A DNA stretch of 64,000 bases from an uncultured Spirochaetota bacterium (GCA_963781885.1 CAWAHW010000002.1:1280001-1344000); one strand, 5' to 3'. Shown: positions 1-11,921, counted from the first letter of the stretch. The notes: a model not told the origin generated them from the sequence alone. Numbers and translations are program-made.

Positions 1-3000
1 ATGTCGTGAACCTTGGCCTTACGTGGCCCACCCGCGTGGGGGTGCTCACGGGCATCGCGCGATTCGCGAACGCGGGTTTCACTGGCCTGAACTGGGGAAC
101 TCTCGGGGCCCTGAACGTGTCATTTTCAAAGGATCTCTTCCCCGAGCTGTACATCGGCGCGGGCCTCGGATTCGAGTTTGGAAGCGACTGGGGGCTCGGG
201 CTTGACCTGGGCTTCGTGAACGTCGTGGGCAACCTCGGCTTCCTCAAGGACTTCCGATGGGGCGGCGTCATCCGCAACATGGGAAAGCCGTACCTGTATG
301 GCACGCCCACGGGATCGCTCGGCGATCCCCCACCGTTCACGCCGGCCGTCGGTGCAAGCTTCGACGTCGTAAAGACGGACCAGCTCGTGCTTGGGTTTGC
401 CCCGGACATCAGCTTCCCGGCATTCCAGGACGTGCGGTTCAACCTGGGCATGAGCTTCTCCGTTGCCGACCTCTTCTTCCTGACGGCGTCGTACAACTTC
501 GATCTTCGGGAGACGTTGGGCATTGAGACCGCGCGCTCCCTGCCCATTGCATTCGGCATGTCCCTCAAGCTGAACGGCCTGGGCGCAAAGAAGGCGGCAG
601 AAGCCGGCAGCCAGGACGTCACGGAAGTGAACACGTCGATTGCCGCCGCGCCTCTCCAGGGCGGGGTCTGGGGATTCGGCATGGGAGCGAACGTCCCGCT
701 GGGCGTCCGCAATGTCACGCCGCCGTCGATCACCATCGATACGCAGGGGGAAAAGTACATCTCTCCCAACTTCGACGGCATCAAGGACAACCTGGACCTC
801 GCGATCTCCATCACGGACAAGAGGTACGTCAAGGGCTACAGCTTCGTGGTCACCGATTCCACGGGCGCGGTCGTGAGGACGATCCAGAACAAGGAGGACC
901 GGCCGGAGAACGTCGATTTCAAGAACATCATCGCCCGCCTGGCGTACGTAAAGACGGGGATCACCGTGCCCCCCTCTCTCCAGTGGGACGGCAAGTCCGA
1001 CGCCGGCACCGTCGTTCCCGACGGCACCTACCACTACCACCTGGAGGCCTGGGACGACAACAACAACCACGCAACGAGTCCCGAAGGGACCGTGGTTGTT
1101 GACACCACGCCGCCGTCGGTGAGCGTGACGGCGCCCTATCTCATCTTCTCCCCCGACGGGGACGGCAACAAGGACACCCTTCCGCTCCAGCAGACGGGTT
1201 CGGCGGAGGATGCGTGGACGGGGACGGTGCGGAACATCGCGGGGGACGTCGTGCGGACGTTCACCTGGAAGGACGGCGCTCCCCAGAGCCTCGAATGGGA
1301 CGGCAAGACGGATGCGGGAGCGCTCGCTCCGGACGGCGTGTACAGCTATCACGTCACCGCGACCGACCGCGCCGGCAACACGGGCAGCGCGCAGCTTGAC
1401 AACATCATCATCGATACGCGGCCCACACCGGTGCAGATCGCGATCGATCTGTCCTACTTCTCCCCGAATGGCGACGGCGTGAAGGACACGGTGACTTTCT
1501 CCCTCCAGGTGCCCGTGGCCACCGGCATCGAAAGCTGGAGCCTCGCCATCGCCGACGACAAAGGCGTCACGCACCGGACCTTCTCCGGCACGATCACCAT
1601 TCCGGCAACGGTGGCGTGGGACGGCAAGGACGATGCGGGAAATGCCCTCCCCGAGGGCGCCTATGTCGGGACACTCGCGGTGAGCTATGTGAATGGGAAA
1701 AATCCCCACGCCGCCTCGCCGTCCGTCACGATCGACGTCACCGCGCCGCGCGCGGCGGCAAAGGCGGAATACGACGTGTTCTCGCCGAACGGGGACGGCA
1801 ACAAGGACACCGTGACGATCTTCCAGGACACCTCTGAAGAGCTGTTCTGGACCGGGACGATGCGCAATTCCGACGGCAAGGACGTGAAGACGAACGTCTG
1901 GCGCGGCCGGGCCGACGACAAGTGGGTATGGGATGGCAAGAGCGACGACGGCACGCTCCTTCCGGACGGGCTGTACGTCTACACGCTTGCCTCGACGGAT
2001 CGCGCGGGGAATACCGGGACCTCGGCGCCGATCAACATCCGCATCGACACGGAGGCGACCCCGGTCCGCGTGTCCGCCGATCCGCCCTACTTCTCGCCCA
2101 ACGGTGACGGGGTCAAGGACAAGGTGCGCCTCATCCCCTCCCTCCGTGTGACGACAGGAGTGGATAGCTGGACCTTCCTCGTGAAGGACGCGGCGGGGAA
2201 CACCGTGCGGACATTCAGCGGCCGCGGCAAGGCACCCGACGAAACGACGTGGGACGGCATCGACGATGCCGGGAAACACGCCCCCGACGGGCAGTACACG
2301 GCCACCCTCGCGGTGAACTATGTCAATGGCAACACGCCGAAGGCCGACAGCAACCCCTTCTTCATCGACACCCATACGCCGCAGATCGACGTCTCCTCCG
2401 ACGCGCTGCTCTTCTCCCCCACGCCGGACAGCAAGCTTTCCGCGGTGACCGTCAAGCAGTCGGGTAGCGATGAAGACCTGTGGGAGGGTGAAATCCGGGG
2501 CGCCGACGGCAAGCGCATCCGCGGCTGGTTCTGGAAAGGAAAGCCGGCCGACTTCACGTGGGACGGCAAGGACGACAATGGCAACCTCATGCCGGACGGA
2601 TACTATACCTACGTCGTCAAGGCGCAGAGCAAAGGCGGGAACACGACCACCAAGCAGCTCAGCGGCATCCAGATCGACACGCGGCCGACGCCCGTCTACG
2701 TGACGGCGAGCTCCAACGGCTTCTCGCCGAACGGCGACGGCTTCCTGGACAACATCTCCTTCACGATCCTGACGTCGGTGAAGGACGGAGTGAAGTCGTG
2801 GTCGCTCTCAATGGTCGAAGCGACAGCCGGAGAACAGAAGAGCTTTGCAGGAGCCGCACCCGTGCCCGCCTCCATGACCTGGGACGGCAAGGACAAGGGC
2901 GGCATCAACACCGCCCCCGACGGGCTGTATACGGCGGTCCTGACGGTGGAATACCTCAAGGGCAATGTGGCAACGGCGAAGTCGACGCCCTTCCGCCTGG

Positions 3001-3743
3001 GGGTGACATCACCCAAGGTCGACCTCACGCTCCAGGGGCTGCCGTTCTCTCCGGACAACGACGGCGTCAACGACGAGCTCACCATCGCGCTGAAGGTGGA
3101 CGACCCGGTGCCCATCGACAGCTGGGGCATCACGATCAATGACCCTGAAGGCCATCCCTTCACGAGCTTCAACGGCAAGGGCGCGCCGTCGGAGAATATC
3201 ATCTGGAACGGCCTGTCCAGCGCGGGAGAGCTCGTTCAGTCCGCCGAAGACTATTCCCTGCAGTTCACGATAAAGGACGAGCTGGGCAACGCGACGACGG
3301 TACAGAAGACAATCCCTGTCGATATCCTGGTGATCAAAGACGGGGACCAGTACAAGGTGAGGATTGCCAGCATCACCTTCCAGGCGGACACTCCGGACTA
3401 TGTCCATGTGGATTCCGACAAAGCCCAGAAGAACTCCGACACCATCAAGCGGCTGGCGGAGATCTTCAAGAAATATGCCAAATACAAGATCCAGATCGAG
3501 GGGCACGCGAACCTGGTGAACTGGAACAATCCCGCAAAAGCCAAGATCGAGCAGGAGCAGGAGCTGTTGCCGCTGTCCAAGGCGCGCGCGGACGCCATCC
3601 GCATGGCCTTGATCGCGCAGGGAATAGACCCGGCCCGCATCACCACGGTGGGCATCGGCGCGGCGAAGCCCCTCGTGCCTTTCTCCGACCAGGACAATAT
3701 CTGGAAGAACCGGAGGGTGGAGTTTGTCCTCATCCGACAGTAG
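1..3743 (+). CDS. Large envelope protein: N-terminal beta-barrel-like region, 8 FlgD-like Ig repeats, C-terminal OmpA-like peptidoglycan-binding domain (probably 5'-truncated by the window)
   Basis: Repeated FSPNGDGxKD...WDGK...PDGxY modules; C-terminal IEGHA...LSKARA...NRRVEF OmpA motif; frame is open to the window edge. Confidence 0.85.
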   Translation, partial: VVNLGLTWPTRVGVLTGIARFANAGFTGLNWGTLGALNVSFSKDLFPELYIGAGLGFEFGSDWGLGLDLGFVNVVGNLGFLKDFRWGGVIRNMGKPYLYGTPTGSLGDPPPFTPAVGASFDVVKTDQLVLGFAPDISFPAFQDVRFNLGMSFSVADLFFLTASYNFDLRETLGIETARSLPIAFGMSLKLNGLGAKKAAEAGSQDVTEVNTSIAAAPLQGGVWGFGMGANVPLGVRNVTPPSITIDTQGEKYISPNFDGIKDNLDLAISITDKRYVKGYSFVVTDSTGAVVRTIQNKEDRPENVDFKNIIARLAYVKTGITVPPSLQWDGKSDAGTVVPDGTYHYHLEAWDDNNNHATSPEGTVVVDTTPPSVSVTAPYLIFSPDGDGNKDTLPLQQTGSAEDAWTGTVRNIAGDVVRTFTWKDGAPQSLEWDGKTDAGALAPDGVYSYHVTATDRAGNTGSAQLDNIIIDTRPTPVQIAIDLSYFSPNGDGVKDTVTFSLQVPVATGIESWSLAIADDKGVTHRTFSGTITIPATVAWDGKDDAGNALPEGAYVGTLAVSYVNGKNPHAASPSVTIDVTAPRAAAKAEYDVFSPNGDGNKDTVTIFQDTSEELFWTGTMRNSDGKDVKTNVWRGRADDKWVWDGKSDDGTLLPDGLYVYTLASTDRAGNTGTSAPINIRIDTEATPVRVSADPPYFSPNGDGVKDKVRLIPSLRVTTGVDSWTFLVKDAAGNTVRTFSGRGKAPDETTWDGIDDAGKHAPDGQYTATLAVNYVNGNTPKADSNPFFIDTHTPQIDVSSDALLFSPTPDSKLSAVTVKQSGSDEDLWEGEIRGADGKRIRGWFWKGKPADFTWDGKDDNGNLMPDGYYTYVVKAQSKGGNTTTKQLSGIQIDTRPTPVYVTASSNGFSPNGDGFLDNISFTILTSVKDGVKSWSLSMVEATAGEQKSFAGAAPVPASMTWDGKDKGGINTAPDGLYTAVLTVEYLKGNVATAKSTPFRLGVTSPKVDLTLQGLPFSPDNDGVNDELTIALKVDDPVPIDSWGITINDPEGHPFTSFNGKGAPSENIIWNGLSSAGELVQSAEDYSLQFTIKDELGNATTVQKTIPVDILVIKDGDQYKVRIASITFQADTPDYVHVDSDKAQKNSDTIKRLAEIFKKYAKYKIQIEGHANLVNWNNPAKAKIEQEQELLPLSKARADAIRMALIAQGIDPARITTVGIGAAKPLVPFSDQDNIWKNRRVEFVLIRQ

Positions 3744-4815
3744 CGCCCCGCCCCCGCAGGCGGGGCTTCCGCCCGCCGAGGCGCCAAGACGCACCGGAAG
3801 GTCCCGCCGACGACTGTACGTCGTCGGCGGGACCGTTCTAGGGGTCGTCCTGGTGGCAGCTGCGGTCTTTCTTTTCATGAACTCAAGCCCCGGCGCGGGC
3901 CCTGACAGCCGCGTCTTTACCATCGGCCGGGGGGAGAACCTGTCCGGCATCAGCCGGGACCTGAAGAGCCAGGGTTTCATCCGCTCGGCGCCCCTCCTTG
4001 GAGCCATCGGACGGCTGCTGGGCACGCAAGGCGTGTTCAAGGCAGGCTCTTACACCATTCCGCGGCACGCGACGATGTTTTCCATCCATAACCTGCTTGT
4101 CCGGGGCTCGCGTACGATAGAGAAGGTGACGATTCCTGAAGGCTGGACGTCGGGCAAGATCGCCCGGCATCTTGAGGCCCTGGGCATCTGCACGGCGGCG
4201 GACTTCCTGGCCGCCATCAGGTCACCGGCCCTCCTGGCGCGCTACGGTGTGACCGGCGGCACGATGGAGGGGTATCTTTTTCCCGACACGTATTTCGTGC
4301 CCAAGCCGTTTCCCGCCGATTCGCTCGTTGACGTGATGGCAGGCACCTTTTTCACGAATCTGGCAAAGATCGAGCCGGGTTGGAAGGAAAAGGGCCCCAA
4401 GGGCATGCACGACACGGTGATCCTTGCGTCGATCGTGGAGCGGGAATATCAGGTTGACGAGGAGGCGCCGGTGATCGCATCGGTGTTCAACAACAGGCTG
4501 GCGCGGAACATTGGGCTTGAATCATGTGCCACGCTTGAATATATTATCACGGAGATCCAGCAAAAGGCACACCCGGAGTATATTACTCTTGATGATGAGA
4601 AGATCGACTCACCGTACAATACGTACAAGTGGGCAGGTTTGCCCCCCGGGCCGATCTCGAATCCCGGCAGAACCGCATTGGAGGCTGCATTCCACCCGGC
4701 GCGCACCGATTACCTGTACTTCGTCCTCATGGACCCGCAGGCGGGGCGGCACTTTTTCTCGCGGAACCTGAACGAGCACAACCAGGCGAAGTACCTCTAT
4801 CTGAAGAAACCGTAG
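3724..4815 (+). CDS. mltG: Endolytic transglycosylase MltG
   Basis: N-terminal TM helix; TIPEG, EGYLFPDTY, ASIVERE, SPYNTY, GLPPGPISNPG motifs. Confidence 0.93.
   Translation: MSSSDSSAPPPQAGLPPAEAPRRTGRSRRRLYVVGGTVLGVVLVAAAVFLFMNSSPGAGPDSRVFTIGRGENLSGISRDLKSQGFIRSAPLLGAIGRLLGTQGVFKAGSYTIPRHATMFSIHNLLVRGSRTIEKVTIPEGWTSGKIARHLEALGICTAADFLAAIRSPALLARYGVTGGTMEGYLFPDTYFVPKPFPADSLVDVMAGTFFTNLAKIEPGWKEKGPKGMHDTVILASIVEREYQVDEEAPVIASVFNNRLARNIGLESCATLEYIITEIQQKAHPEYITLDDEKIDSPYNTYKWAGLPPGPISNPGRTALEAAFHPARTDYLYFVLMDPQAGRHFFSRNLNEHNQAKYLYLKKP
4517..4545 (+). promoter_or_regulatory. Putative sigma70 promoter inside mltG, upstream of dnaG-rpoD
   Basis: TTGAAT-17 bp-TATATT in a locally AT-rich patch. 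Confidence 0.45.
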
Positions 4816-4819
4816 GGGT

Positions 4820-6628
4820 ATGAGGATACCAGAGAGCACGCTCTCGGAGATACGGGATCGCGTCGACATCGCGGAGGTGGTGGGAGAGCACGTCGCGCTG
4901 CAGCGCAAGGGGGGACGCTACTGGGGGCTGTGCCCGTTTCACCAGGAGAAATCGCCCTCCTTCACTGTGACGCCGGACAAGGGGGTGTTCTACTGCTTCG
5001 GCTGCCACAAGGGCGGCACGGTTTTCGACTTCGTCATGGAGGTCGAAAAGATCGACTGGCGGGACGCCGTGGAAGTCCTTGCGAAAAAGGCGGGGATCGA
5101 GATACCGCATGAGGAGGAGGATCAGGGCGGGGTCAAGCGGGATACGTTCTTCGAGCTCTATCGGAGGGTCGCCGGCAGCTTCCATTGGCTCCTGCTCGCG
5201 CCTGCCGGGGAGAGCGCGTTGCGATACCTGCGGCAGAGGGGCGTGAGCGCGGAGACGATGGAGTCCTTTCAGCTCGGATACGCGCCGCCCGATCGGGAAT
5301 GGCTTTTCAAGTTCCTGACCTCGAAAAGCTATTCACCGGAGTTTCTCGCCAGGATCGGGCTTTTCATGGATACGGCGCGGGGAAAGGGATCGCTCTTCGC
5401 GGACCGCATCATGTTCCCGATCAGCAATGCGCGCGGAGAGATACTGGCATTCGGAGGGAGGTCACTCGGCGATGCCCAGCCGAAATACCTGAACTCCCCC
5501 GAGACTGCCTATTTTCGCAAAGGGGAGAATCTCTTCGGGATGGACAAGGCCGCAGCGGCCATTCGTGCGGCCGGTGTCGCCATCGTCGTGGAAGGGTACA
5601 TGGACGTGATGGCGATGCATCAGGCGGGGTGGGCAAATTGCGTGGCGCCGCTGGGCACGGCGCTCACGGAGAGGCAGGTGCGCCTGCTTCGGCGTTATGC
5701 CTCCCGCGTGCTGCTGCTTTTCGACGGCGACGCGGCGGGACAGAAGGCGAGCGAACGCGCCATTGAGATGCTCGAGCGCCAGGACCTTTTTGTCCAGGTC
5801 GTCGAGCTCCCCGGCGGGCAGGATCCCGCCGATTTTGTGCAAAAAGGGGAGGTCCCGCAGCTGCGCGCTATCGTGGAAAAGCCTCACGACAGCTTTCCGT
5901 GGCTCCTGGGAAAGGCCCTGGAGGGACGGGACAGAAACCGGGCGGAAGAGAGGGAAGGCATCCGTGATCGCCTTTTCCCTTTCATCGCGGCCCCGGCGTC
6001 CCAGCTCCGCAAGGACGGCTACCTGACCCAGCTCGCGGAAAGCCTTGCCGCGGACGTGCAGGTCGTGAGGGACGATTTTGCGGCCTGGCAGGGCCGCGGC
6101 AGGTTCGGCGGCCATCGGCCTGGCCGGGCCGAGCAGGAGACGGAGGAACGGAGCATCGAAACGCGCCGGCTGCGCCAGGGGGCGATGTCCACGGACCTTT
6201 TTCTCATGCTCGCGGTCGCGGCCAACCAGGCGCTCTTCCAGGAGGTGCGCAAGGGGGGCATTGGGCTTTCCGACCTCGAAGACGAGAGGGCACGGACCCT
6301 CTTCGTCGCGTTGGAAGAGGCGTTTCGGGCGGACGAGCAGGGTTTTGAGGCGGTCTGCGAAAGGATCGAGGACGCCGACCTGCGGGACCTCGCGATCCGC
6401 AAGGTCTCGAGCGGAGAGTTTGAGTTGAATCAGGAGCGGATGGTGTCGGACGGCGTCAAGCGCATCAGACGGCGGACGCTCGAGAAGAAGGCAGACCTGC
6501 TGATGGCGGAGATGCGCAAGGCGGACCGGGAAGGCTGCGACGCGGTCCGGATGGAAGAGCTCCTGACGGAAAAAAAGTACCTTGACGGCGAGCTTGAAAG
6601 ACTGAAAACGGGGGCGGCACGGGCTTGA
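4820..6628 (+). CDS. dnaG: DNA primase
   Basis: CPFH...CFGC zinc finger, [28 protein letters not shown] motifs. Confidence 0.97.
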   Translation: MRIPESTLSEIRDRVDIAEVVGEHVALQRKGGRYWGLCPFHQEKSPSFTVTPDKGVFYCFGCHKGGTVFDFVMEVEKIDWRDAVEVLAKKAGIEIPHEEEDQGGVKRDTFFELYRRVAGSFHWLLLAPAGESALRYLRQRGVSAETMESFQLGYAPPDREWLFKFLTSKSYSPEFLARIGLFMDTARGKGSLFADRIMFPISNARGEILAFGGRSLGDAQPKYLNSPETAYFRKGENLFGMDKAAAAIRAAGVAIVVEGYMDVMAMHQAGWANCVAPLGTALTERQVRLLRRYASRVLLLFDGDAAGQKASERAIEMLERQDLFVQVVELPGGQDPADFVQKGEVPQLRAIVEKPHDSFPWLLGKALEGRDRNRAEEREGIRDRLFPFIAAPASQLRKDGYLTQLAESLAADVQVVRDDFAAWQGRGRFGGHRPGRAEQETEERSIETRRLRQGAMSTDLFLMLAVAANQALFQEVRKGGIGLSDLEDERARTLFVALEEAFRADEQGFEAVCERIEDADLRDLAIRKVSSGEFELNQERMVSDGVKRIRRRTLEKKADLLMAEMRKADREGCDAVRMEELLTEKKYLDGELERLKTGAARA

Positions 6629-8493
6629 AAACCAAGAACGGATTGACACACAAACAGGTGACGCAGAAAAAAGGTCTCCCGGCGCGGCCGGCGGCCGCGC
6701 AGACGGCGTCGAAACCGGCGCGTCCGGCAAAACACGCAAGACCGGTGCGGTCCGCGGCCGGCGTCGTGCCCGTCGTCGCCCTTCGGGACGACCCGGCCAT
6801 GAAGAAGCTCCTCGCGTATGCCAAGGGCAAGAAGAGCGTGAGCTATGACGAGGTGAACGATTTTCTTCCCGATGCGATCGTGAACTCGGACCGCATTGAA
6901 GAGGTGATCGCGCTCCTCTCCAAGCACAACATCAAGCTGGCCGAAGAGGAGATCAGCCTCGAGCTGGAGGAAGAGAAACCGGTCAAGGACCGCAAGAAGC
7001 TCATCTACAGCGACAAGGAGTCCTCCGTCGACGACCCCATCCGTCTCTACCTCCGGGAGATCGGCAAGGAGAACCTGCTCACCGCGGAGCAGGAGGTGGA
7101 GCTCTCCAAGGCGATGGAGTCCGGTGAAAACATCATCAAGACGGTGATCAGGGACTCCGGCGTGCTTGCGCGCGAATTCCTCCGCCTTGGGCTGCGTGCA
7201 TCCTCCACCCGCGATCCGAGGGAGATGAACCTGAGCAAGAAGGAGGCCACCGAGTACCTCGCGGAGACGCGCAAGCTCGGCGCCTACTACAAGGAGCCGT
7301 TCCGCGACCACCTCGCCGGCGTGAAGCGCTACATGGAGATGAAGCGCCAGACGGAATCGGAAGGCGGGGACATCTTCGAGGAATCCTTCGTGGAGAAGCG
7401 CAAGGACGTGACGGATTCCCTGAAGAAGGTGGAGCTGCGCCCCGAGGACATCTCCGCCATTGCGGAACGCCTCATCGCCGTCGCCCGCCGGATCCGCTCC
7501 ATCGAGAAGGAGATCGGCCGGGTGGAAAAGAGGCTGCACGTCGCCTCGTCACGCGAGATGAAGGTGCTCGTGAAGAAGATCGCCTCTCCCGCGGAGCGCG
7601 AGCGGCTGGAGAAGACCGTCGGCATGGGCCTCGACCGCGCGCGCGAGCTGCTGCGCATCCACCAGACGAGCGAAAAAAAGCTCCAGCGCTACGAGACGGT
7701 GTTTGAGAACAAGATAGAGGACATACTGGCCATGGCGGACGAGATCGACCGCGGCCGCATCATGATGAAGGAGGCCAAGGATCGGCTGATCAAGGCCAAC
7801 CTGCGGCTCGTCGTGAGCATCGCCAAGAAGTACACCAACCGGGGCCTGCACTTCTTCGACCTCGTCCAGGAAGGCAACATCGGCCTCATCAAGGCCGTGG
7901 AAAAATTCGAATACCGCAAGGGCTACAAGTTCTCCACGTACGCCACCTGGTGGATCCGTCAGGCCATCACGCGGTCCATCTCCGACCAGGCGCGCACCAT
8001 CCGGGTGCCCGTCCACATGATCGAGCAGATCAACAAGGTGATGCGGGAATCGCGCCAGCTCATGCAGGTGCTCGGCCGCGAGCCGACGGACGACGAGGTG
8101 GCGGAGAAGCTGGGCTGGGCCACGACGCGCGTGAAGGCGGTGAAGAGCGTTGCCCGCGAGCCGATCTCACTGGAGACCCCCATCGGCGAGGAGGAGGACA
8201 GCCTCCTTGGCGATTTCATCGAGGACAAGGAGGTCGAAAGCCCCTCCAATATGACGGCATTCCGCCTGCTCCAAGAGCAGCTGGAGGCAGTGCTCACCAC
8301 CCTGCCGCCGCGCGAGCAGGAGGTGTTGAAGATGCGCTTCGGCCTGGAGGACGGCTATTCCCTGACACTGGAAGAGGTGGGGTTGTATTTCAACGTCACG
8401 CGGGAGAGGATCCGCCAGATCGAGGCGAAAGCGCTGCGGCGGCTTCGCCATCCGACGCGGAGCCGGCGATTGAAAGACTATCTGGAACATTAG
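6625..8493 (+). CDS. rpoD: RNA polymerase primary sigma factor RpoD (start uncertain)
   Basis: [64 protein letters not shown]. Confidence 0.97.
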   Translation: MKTKNGLTHKQVTQKKGLPARPAAAQTASKPARPAKHARPVRSAAGVVPVVALRDDPAMKKLLAYAKGKKSVSYDEVNDFLPDAIVNSDRIEEVIALLSKHNIKLAEEEISLELEEEKPVKDRKKLIYSDKESSVDDPIRLYLREIGKENLLTAEQEVELSKAMESGENIIKTVIRDSGVLAREFLRLGLRASSTRDPREMNLSKKEATEYLAETRKLGAYYKEPFRDHLAGVKRYMEMKRQTESEGGDIFEESFVEKRKDVTDSLKKVELRPEDISAIAERLIAVARRIRSIEKEIGRVEKRLHVASSREMKVLVKKIASPAERERLEKTVGMGLDRARELLRIHQTSEKKLQRYETVFENKIEDILAMADEIDRGRIMMKEAKDRLIKANLRLVVSIAKKYTNRGLHFFDLVQEGNIGLIKAVEKFEYRKGYKFSTYATWWIRQAITRSISDQARTIRVPVHMIEQINKVMRESRQLMQVLGREPTDDEVAEKLGWATTRVKAVKSVAREPISLETPIGEEEDSLLGDFIEDKEVESPSNMTAFRLLQEQLEAVLTTLPPREQEVLKMRFGLEDGYSLTLEEVGLYFNVTRERIRQIEAKALRRLRHPTRSRRLKDYLEH

Positions 8494-8506
8494 AGAGGGA
8501 GAAAAA

Positions 8507-9325
8507 ATGGCACGCACGGTCTACGACAAACTGAGGGCGCTGCAGGACGTCCTTTCCAAGAAGTTCGAGGTGGAGAGGGAAATCCAGGAGATCCCCAAGT
8601 CCCTGGCCACGAAAACGGAGCTGCTGAACCGCCTGAAGAAGTCCTTCATGGACAAGAGCGCCACGCACCAGGCAGCCGGCGCGCGCGTGCAGGACATCGG
8701 CCAGAAGCTGTCCGAGGCGGAGCAGGAGCGGGAAAAGTCCGAGGGCCAGATGGACGTCATCAAGACGCAGCGGGAATATGAGGCCCTGGACAAGGAGATC
8801 AAGGACGCCACGGAGAAGGAGCAGAGCCTTCGCAAGGAGCTCCAGCGCGAGCAGGCCGCCATTGAAGAGCTCAAGAACGTCCTCGACAAGGAAGAGCTCC
8901 TCATCAGCAAGCAGGAAGAGGACGTGAAGGAAGAGCAGTCCAAGATCAAGGTGAAGATCAAGGAGAAGAACGCGGAGCTCAAGAAGCTCCAGGGGGAGGA
9001 GAAGAAGATCACCCCGGGGCTGGAGGAGGACATCCTCTTCAAGTTCGAGCGCATCATCAAGAGCAAAGCGGGTCTCGGCATCGTCTCCCTCACCAAGGGC
9101 GTCTGCACCGGCTGCTACATGATCCTTCCCCCCCAGTTTGTAAACACCGTGCGGCTGGGAGAACGGGTCGAGTTCTGCCCCTATTGCAGCCGCATCCTTT
9201 TCTACCAGGAGGACGAGGAAGGGGAATCCCTGGAGACGGCCGTCGTCGACGAGGACGCCGAGGAGGACGAGGAAGAAGAGGAAGAGGAGGAGGAGTCCGA
9301 CGACGGGGAGGAAGAGGAGCTGTAG
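8507..9325 (+). CDS. Coiled-coil protein with C4-type zinc ribbon (DUF164/HP0958-like) and acidic tail
   Basis: Long coiled coil, CTGC...CPYCSRIL, poly-Glu C-terminus. Confidence 0.85.
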   Translation: MARTVYDKLRALQDVLSKKFEVEREIQEIPKSLATKTELLNRLKKSFMDKSATHQAAGARVQDIGQKLSEAEQEREKSEGQMDVIKTQREYEALDKEIKDATEKEQSLRKELQREQAAIEELKNVLDKEELLISKQEEDVKEEQSKIKVKIKEKNAELKKLQGEEKKITPGLEEDILFKFERIIKSKAGLGIVSLTKGVCTGCYMILPPQFVNTVRLGERVEFCPYCSRILFYQEDEEGESLETAVVDEDAEEDEEEEEEEEESDDGEEEEL

Positions 9326-9392
9326 AACGGGCCGGTCCGCCGTCGCAGGCTCACGGGTTGCATAATGTCGGCATTCAGCCGATAGTATGCAC

Positions 9393-9823
9393 GGGCAGGT
9401 CAGGTCATCGCCCGTGCGTGTCCGCGAGGGTGCGCGCGGGAGGAAAGTCCGGGCTCCAGAGAGCAGAACGCCGGGCAATGCCCGGGACAGCGGTTGCGGG
9501 TTTGGCCCGCTTCCGATGGACAGAGAGCGCCACAGAAAACACACCCCCTCATCGCGTCGTCACCGGCGCGTGAGAGCGGCGGGTGCGCCGACAGGCGCGG
9601 CCGAGGCGAGGGAAGGGTGAAAAGGCGGGGTAAGAGCCCACCGCCTCTCCGGCAACGGGAGGGCATGGCAAGCCTCGTTCGGAGCAAAGCCAAGCAGCAG
9701 GAGGGTTGCTCGCCCGCCCGGCGCATGCCCGGGATCCTGCGGGTAGGCTGCACGAGGGCCCGGGCGACCGCGGCCCCGAGAGAGATGATGACCCTCGACA
9801 GAACCCGGCTTATCGATCTGCCC
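9393..9823 (+). ncRNA. rnpB: RNase P RNA (bacterial type A)
   Basis: GAGGAAAGTCC at 9440-9450, GAGAGCGCCACAGAAA, GGTAAGAGCCCACC, ACAGAACCCGGCTTA near 9800; ends pair (GGGCAGGTC/GATCTGCCC) and are followed by a T run. Confidence 0.96.
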
Positions 9824-9885
9824 TTTTTTTCGACTGGCCGCCGATTCCGCCGGACGCGGAGGGGTGCGGTCGCATCGACGAGGAA

Positions 9886-10836
9886 ATGATAAGAGATTTC
9901 GACCACTATCAATCGGGGCAGAGAGGAAAGCGGCTTCGCACCATCCTCATTCCGACATTGTCCGTCATTGTCGTGCTCGCCGTTGTGCTCCTGATCGTGC
10001 TGGGGGTGCCCGCCCGGCTCTTCGGCAGCGGCGGCCAACGGCAGGCGCCGGGAAAGCTCCCCGATCTCTTCCGGGCGCAGAAGTACGACGACGTCATCAC
10101 GGCGTCAAACGCCGTGCTTGTCGGTGACCCCCTGAATGCGGTGGCTTTGTCCTACAAGGGCTTCGCGAGCTTCTACAAGTCCAACTCCCAGGACGCCACG
10201 GAAGAGAAGATGCCGTCCCTGGACCAGGCCATTGTCGCCCTCCGCCGCGCGCGCCTCGCCGGCGCTCCCTTCGGCGGCGAGATCGACTACGTCCTCGCAA
10301 AGGCCTACTTCAACAAGGGCAAGTACTACTACGACCTCTCCATCTCCAGCATGCAAAGCTCCATTGCCAAGGGCTACGTCCAGAAGGACACCTACGAGTA
10401 CATGGGCCAGGCGTACAGCCAGCTCGGCGACAATGACAAGGCGATGGAGAACTTCCTCATCGCCCTGAAGGATGACACCGGCGACCTGCTGCTCTTGACA
10501 ATCGGGCAAACTTATTACCAGATGAAGAGGACGAGCGACGCGATCGATTACCTGCTGCGGACCCTGAACAAGACCGAAGACAAGGACATCGAGGAGCGCG
10601 CGCGATTTCTTCTCGGGGGGATCTACCTGGACACGGCCGAGCTGTTCAAGGCGGAGGAGCAGTTTGCGGCGATCGTGAAAATCGACCCGCAGTCTGCCGA
10701 CGCGCATTACGATCTCGGCGAGGTCTACGCGAAGATGAACGACCCGGTGAAGGCGCGGGCGGAGTGGCGCAATGCCCTGATCATCGACCCGACCCACTAC
10801 GGCGCGAAACTTCGCTATTACGCCCCGAAGAGGTAG
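9886..10836 (+). CDS. Membrane-anchored tetratricopeptide repeat protein
   Basis: N-terminal TM helix then TPR-like repeats; start placed at ATG 9886, downstream of rnpB. Confidence 0.85.
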   Translation: MIRDFDHYQSGQRGKRLRTILIPTLSVIVVLAVVLLIVLGVPARLFGSGGQRQAPGKLPDLFRAQKYDDVITASNAVLVGDPLNAVALSYKGFASFYKSNSQDATEEKMPSLDQAIVALRRARLAGAPFGGEIDYVLAKAYFNKGKYYYDLSISSMQSSIAKGYVQKDTYEYMGQAYSQLGDNDKAMENFLIALKDDTGDLLLLTIGQTYYQMKRTSDAIDYLLRTLNKTEDKDIEERARFLLGGIYLDTAELFKAEEQFAAIVKIDPQSADAHYDLGEVYAKMNDPVKARAEWRNALIIDPTHYGAKLRYYAPKR

Positions 10837-10880
10837 CATCGTACCGCGGGAGACCGCGATTTGAAAGGAAGGGATCCCGA

Positions 10881-11918
10881 ATGGCCTGGGACAGGATGTT
10901 TGAAGCGTTTTCCTCGGACCTTGGCATCGACCTGGGAACGTGCAGCACGCTCGTGCATGCCCGAGGGAAAGGCATCGTGCTCTGCGAGCCTTCCGTCGTC
11001 GCGATGGAGCGGGGAACGAAGAAGGTCGTCGCGGTCGGCACCGAGGCGAAAAAGATGCTCTGGAAGACGCCGGGGGACATCATTGCCCTGCGGCCGATGC
11101 GCGACGGGGTGATCGCGGACTTCGAAGCCACGGAGAAGATGCTCCGCTACTTCATCGAGAAGGTCATCGCGCGCCGCTGGTTCGTGAAGCCGCGCATGGT
11201 CATCGGGGTGCCCACGTGCATTACGGAGGTGGAAAAGCGCGCGGTGCGCGACTCTGCCGAGCAGGCGGGTGCGCGGGACGTCTACCTCATCCAGGAGTCC
11301 ATGGCAGCCGCCATCGGGGCCAATATCCCCATCCTGGAGCCGGCGGGCCACATGATCTGCGACATCGGCGGCGGCACGACGGAAATCTCCGTGATCTCCC
11401 TGGGCGGCATGGTCGTCACGAACGCCATCCGCGTCGGCGGGGACGAGTTCGACGAAGCCATCATCAAGCACGTGCGCAACGTCCACAACCTCATCATCGG
11501 GGAGTCAACGGCGGAAAACGTGAAGATCACCATCGGCAATGCGGCGGCGGACAAGAAGATCGAAAAGATCGAGATCAAGGGCACCGACGCGATCACCGGG
11601 CTGCCGCGAAAGCTGGAGATGGATTCCGTGGAGGTCCGCGAGGCCCTCCAGGAGCCGATCAACACCGTCATTGAAGAGATCAAGAAGACCCTCGGCCAGA
11701 CCCCGCCCGAGCTCGCGGCGGACATCGTGGAGAGGGGCATCGTGATGACCGGCGGCGGCTCCCTCCTCAAGGGATTCCCGAAGCTCATCGCGAAAGAGAC
11801 CGGCGTGCCGGTCATCCTCGCGGAAAACCCCCTTCTCTGCGTGGCACTCGGCGCCGGCAAGTTTCTCGAAAGTCTCGTGAAGGAAAAGAACTCCAAGTAC
11901 TTCAACGTAAAGACCTGA
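10881..11918 (+). CDS. mreB: Rod shape-determining actin homologue MreB
   Basis: [38 protein letters not shown]. Confidence 0.97.
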   Translation: MAWDRMFEAFSSDLGIDLGTCSTLVHARGKGIVLCEPSVVAMERGTKKVVAVGTEAKKMLWKTPGDIIALRPMRDGVIADFEATEKMLRYFIEKVIARRWFVKPRMVIGVPTCITEVEKRAVRDSAEQAGARDVYLIQESMAAAIGANIPILEPAGHMICDIGGGTTEISVISLGGMVVTNAIRVGGDEFDEAIIKHVRNVHNLIIGESTAENVKITIGNAAADKKIEKIEIKGTDAITGLPRKLEMDSVEVREALQEPINTVIEEIKKTLGQTPPELAADIVERGIVMTGGGSLLKGFPKLIAKETGVPVILAENPLLCVALGAGKFLESLVKEKNSKYFNVKT

Positions 11919-11921
11919 TCC

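Noticed and set aside
9245-9322. GAG/GAA/GAC repeat tract
   Set aside because: It simply encodes the acidic tail of the zinc-ribbon protein.
9706-9885. N-terminal extension of the TPR ORF and small ORFs across 9184-10038
   Set aside because: They overlap rnpB; ATG 9886 is the plausible start.
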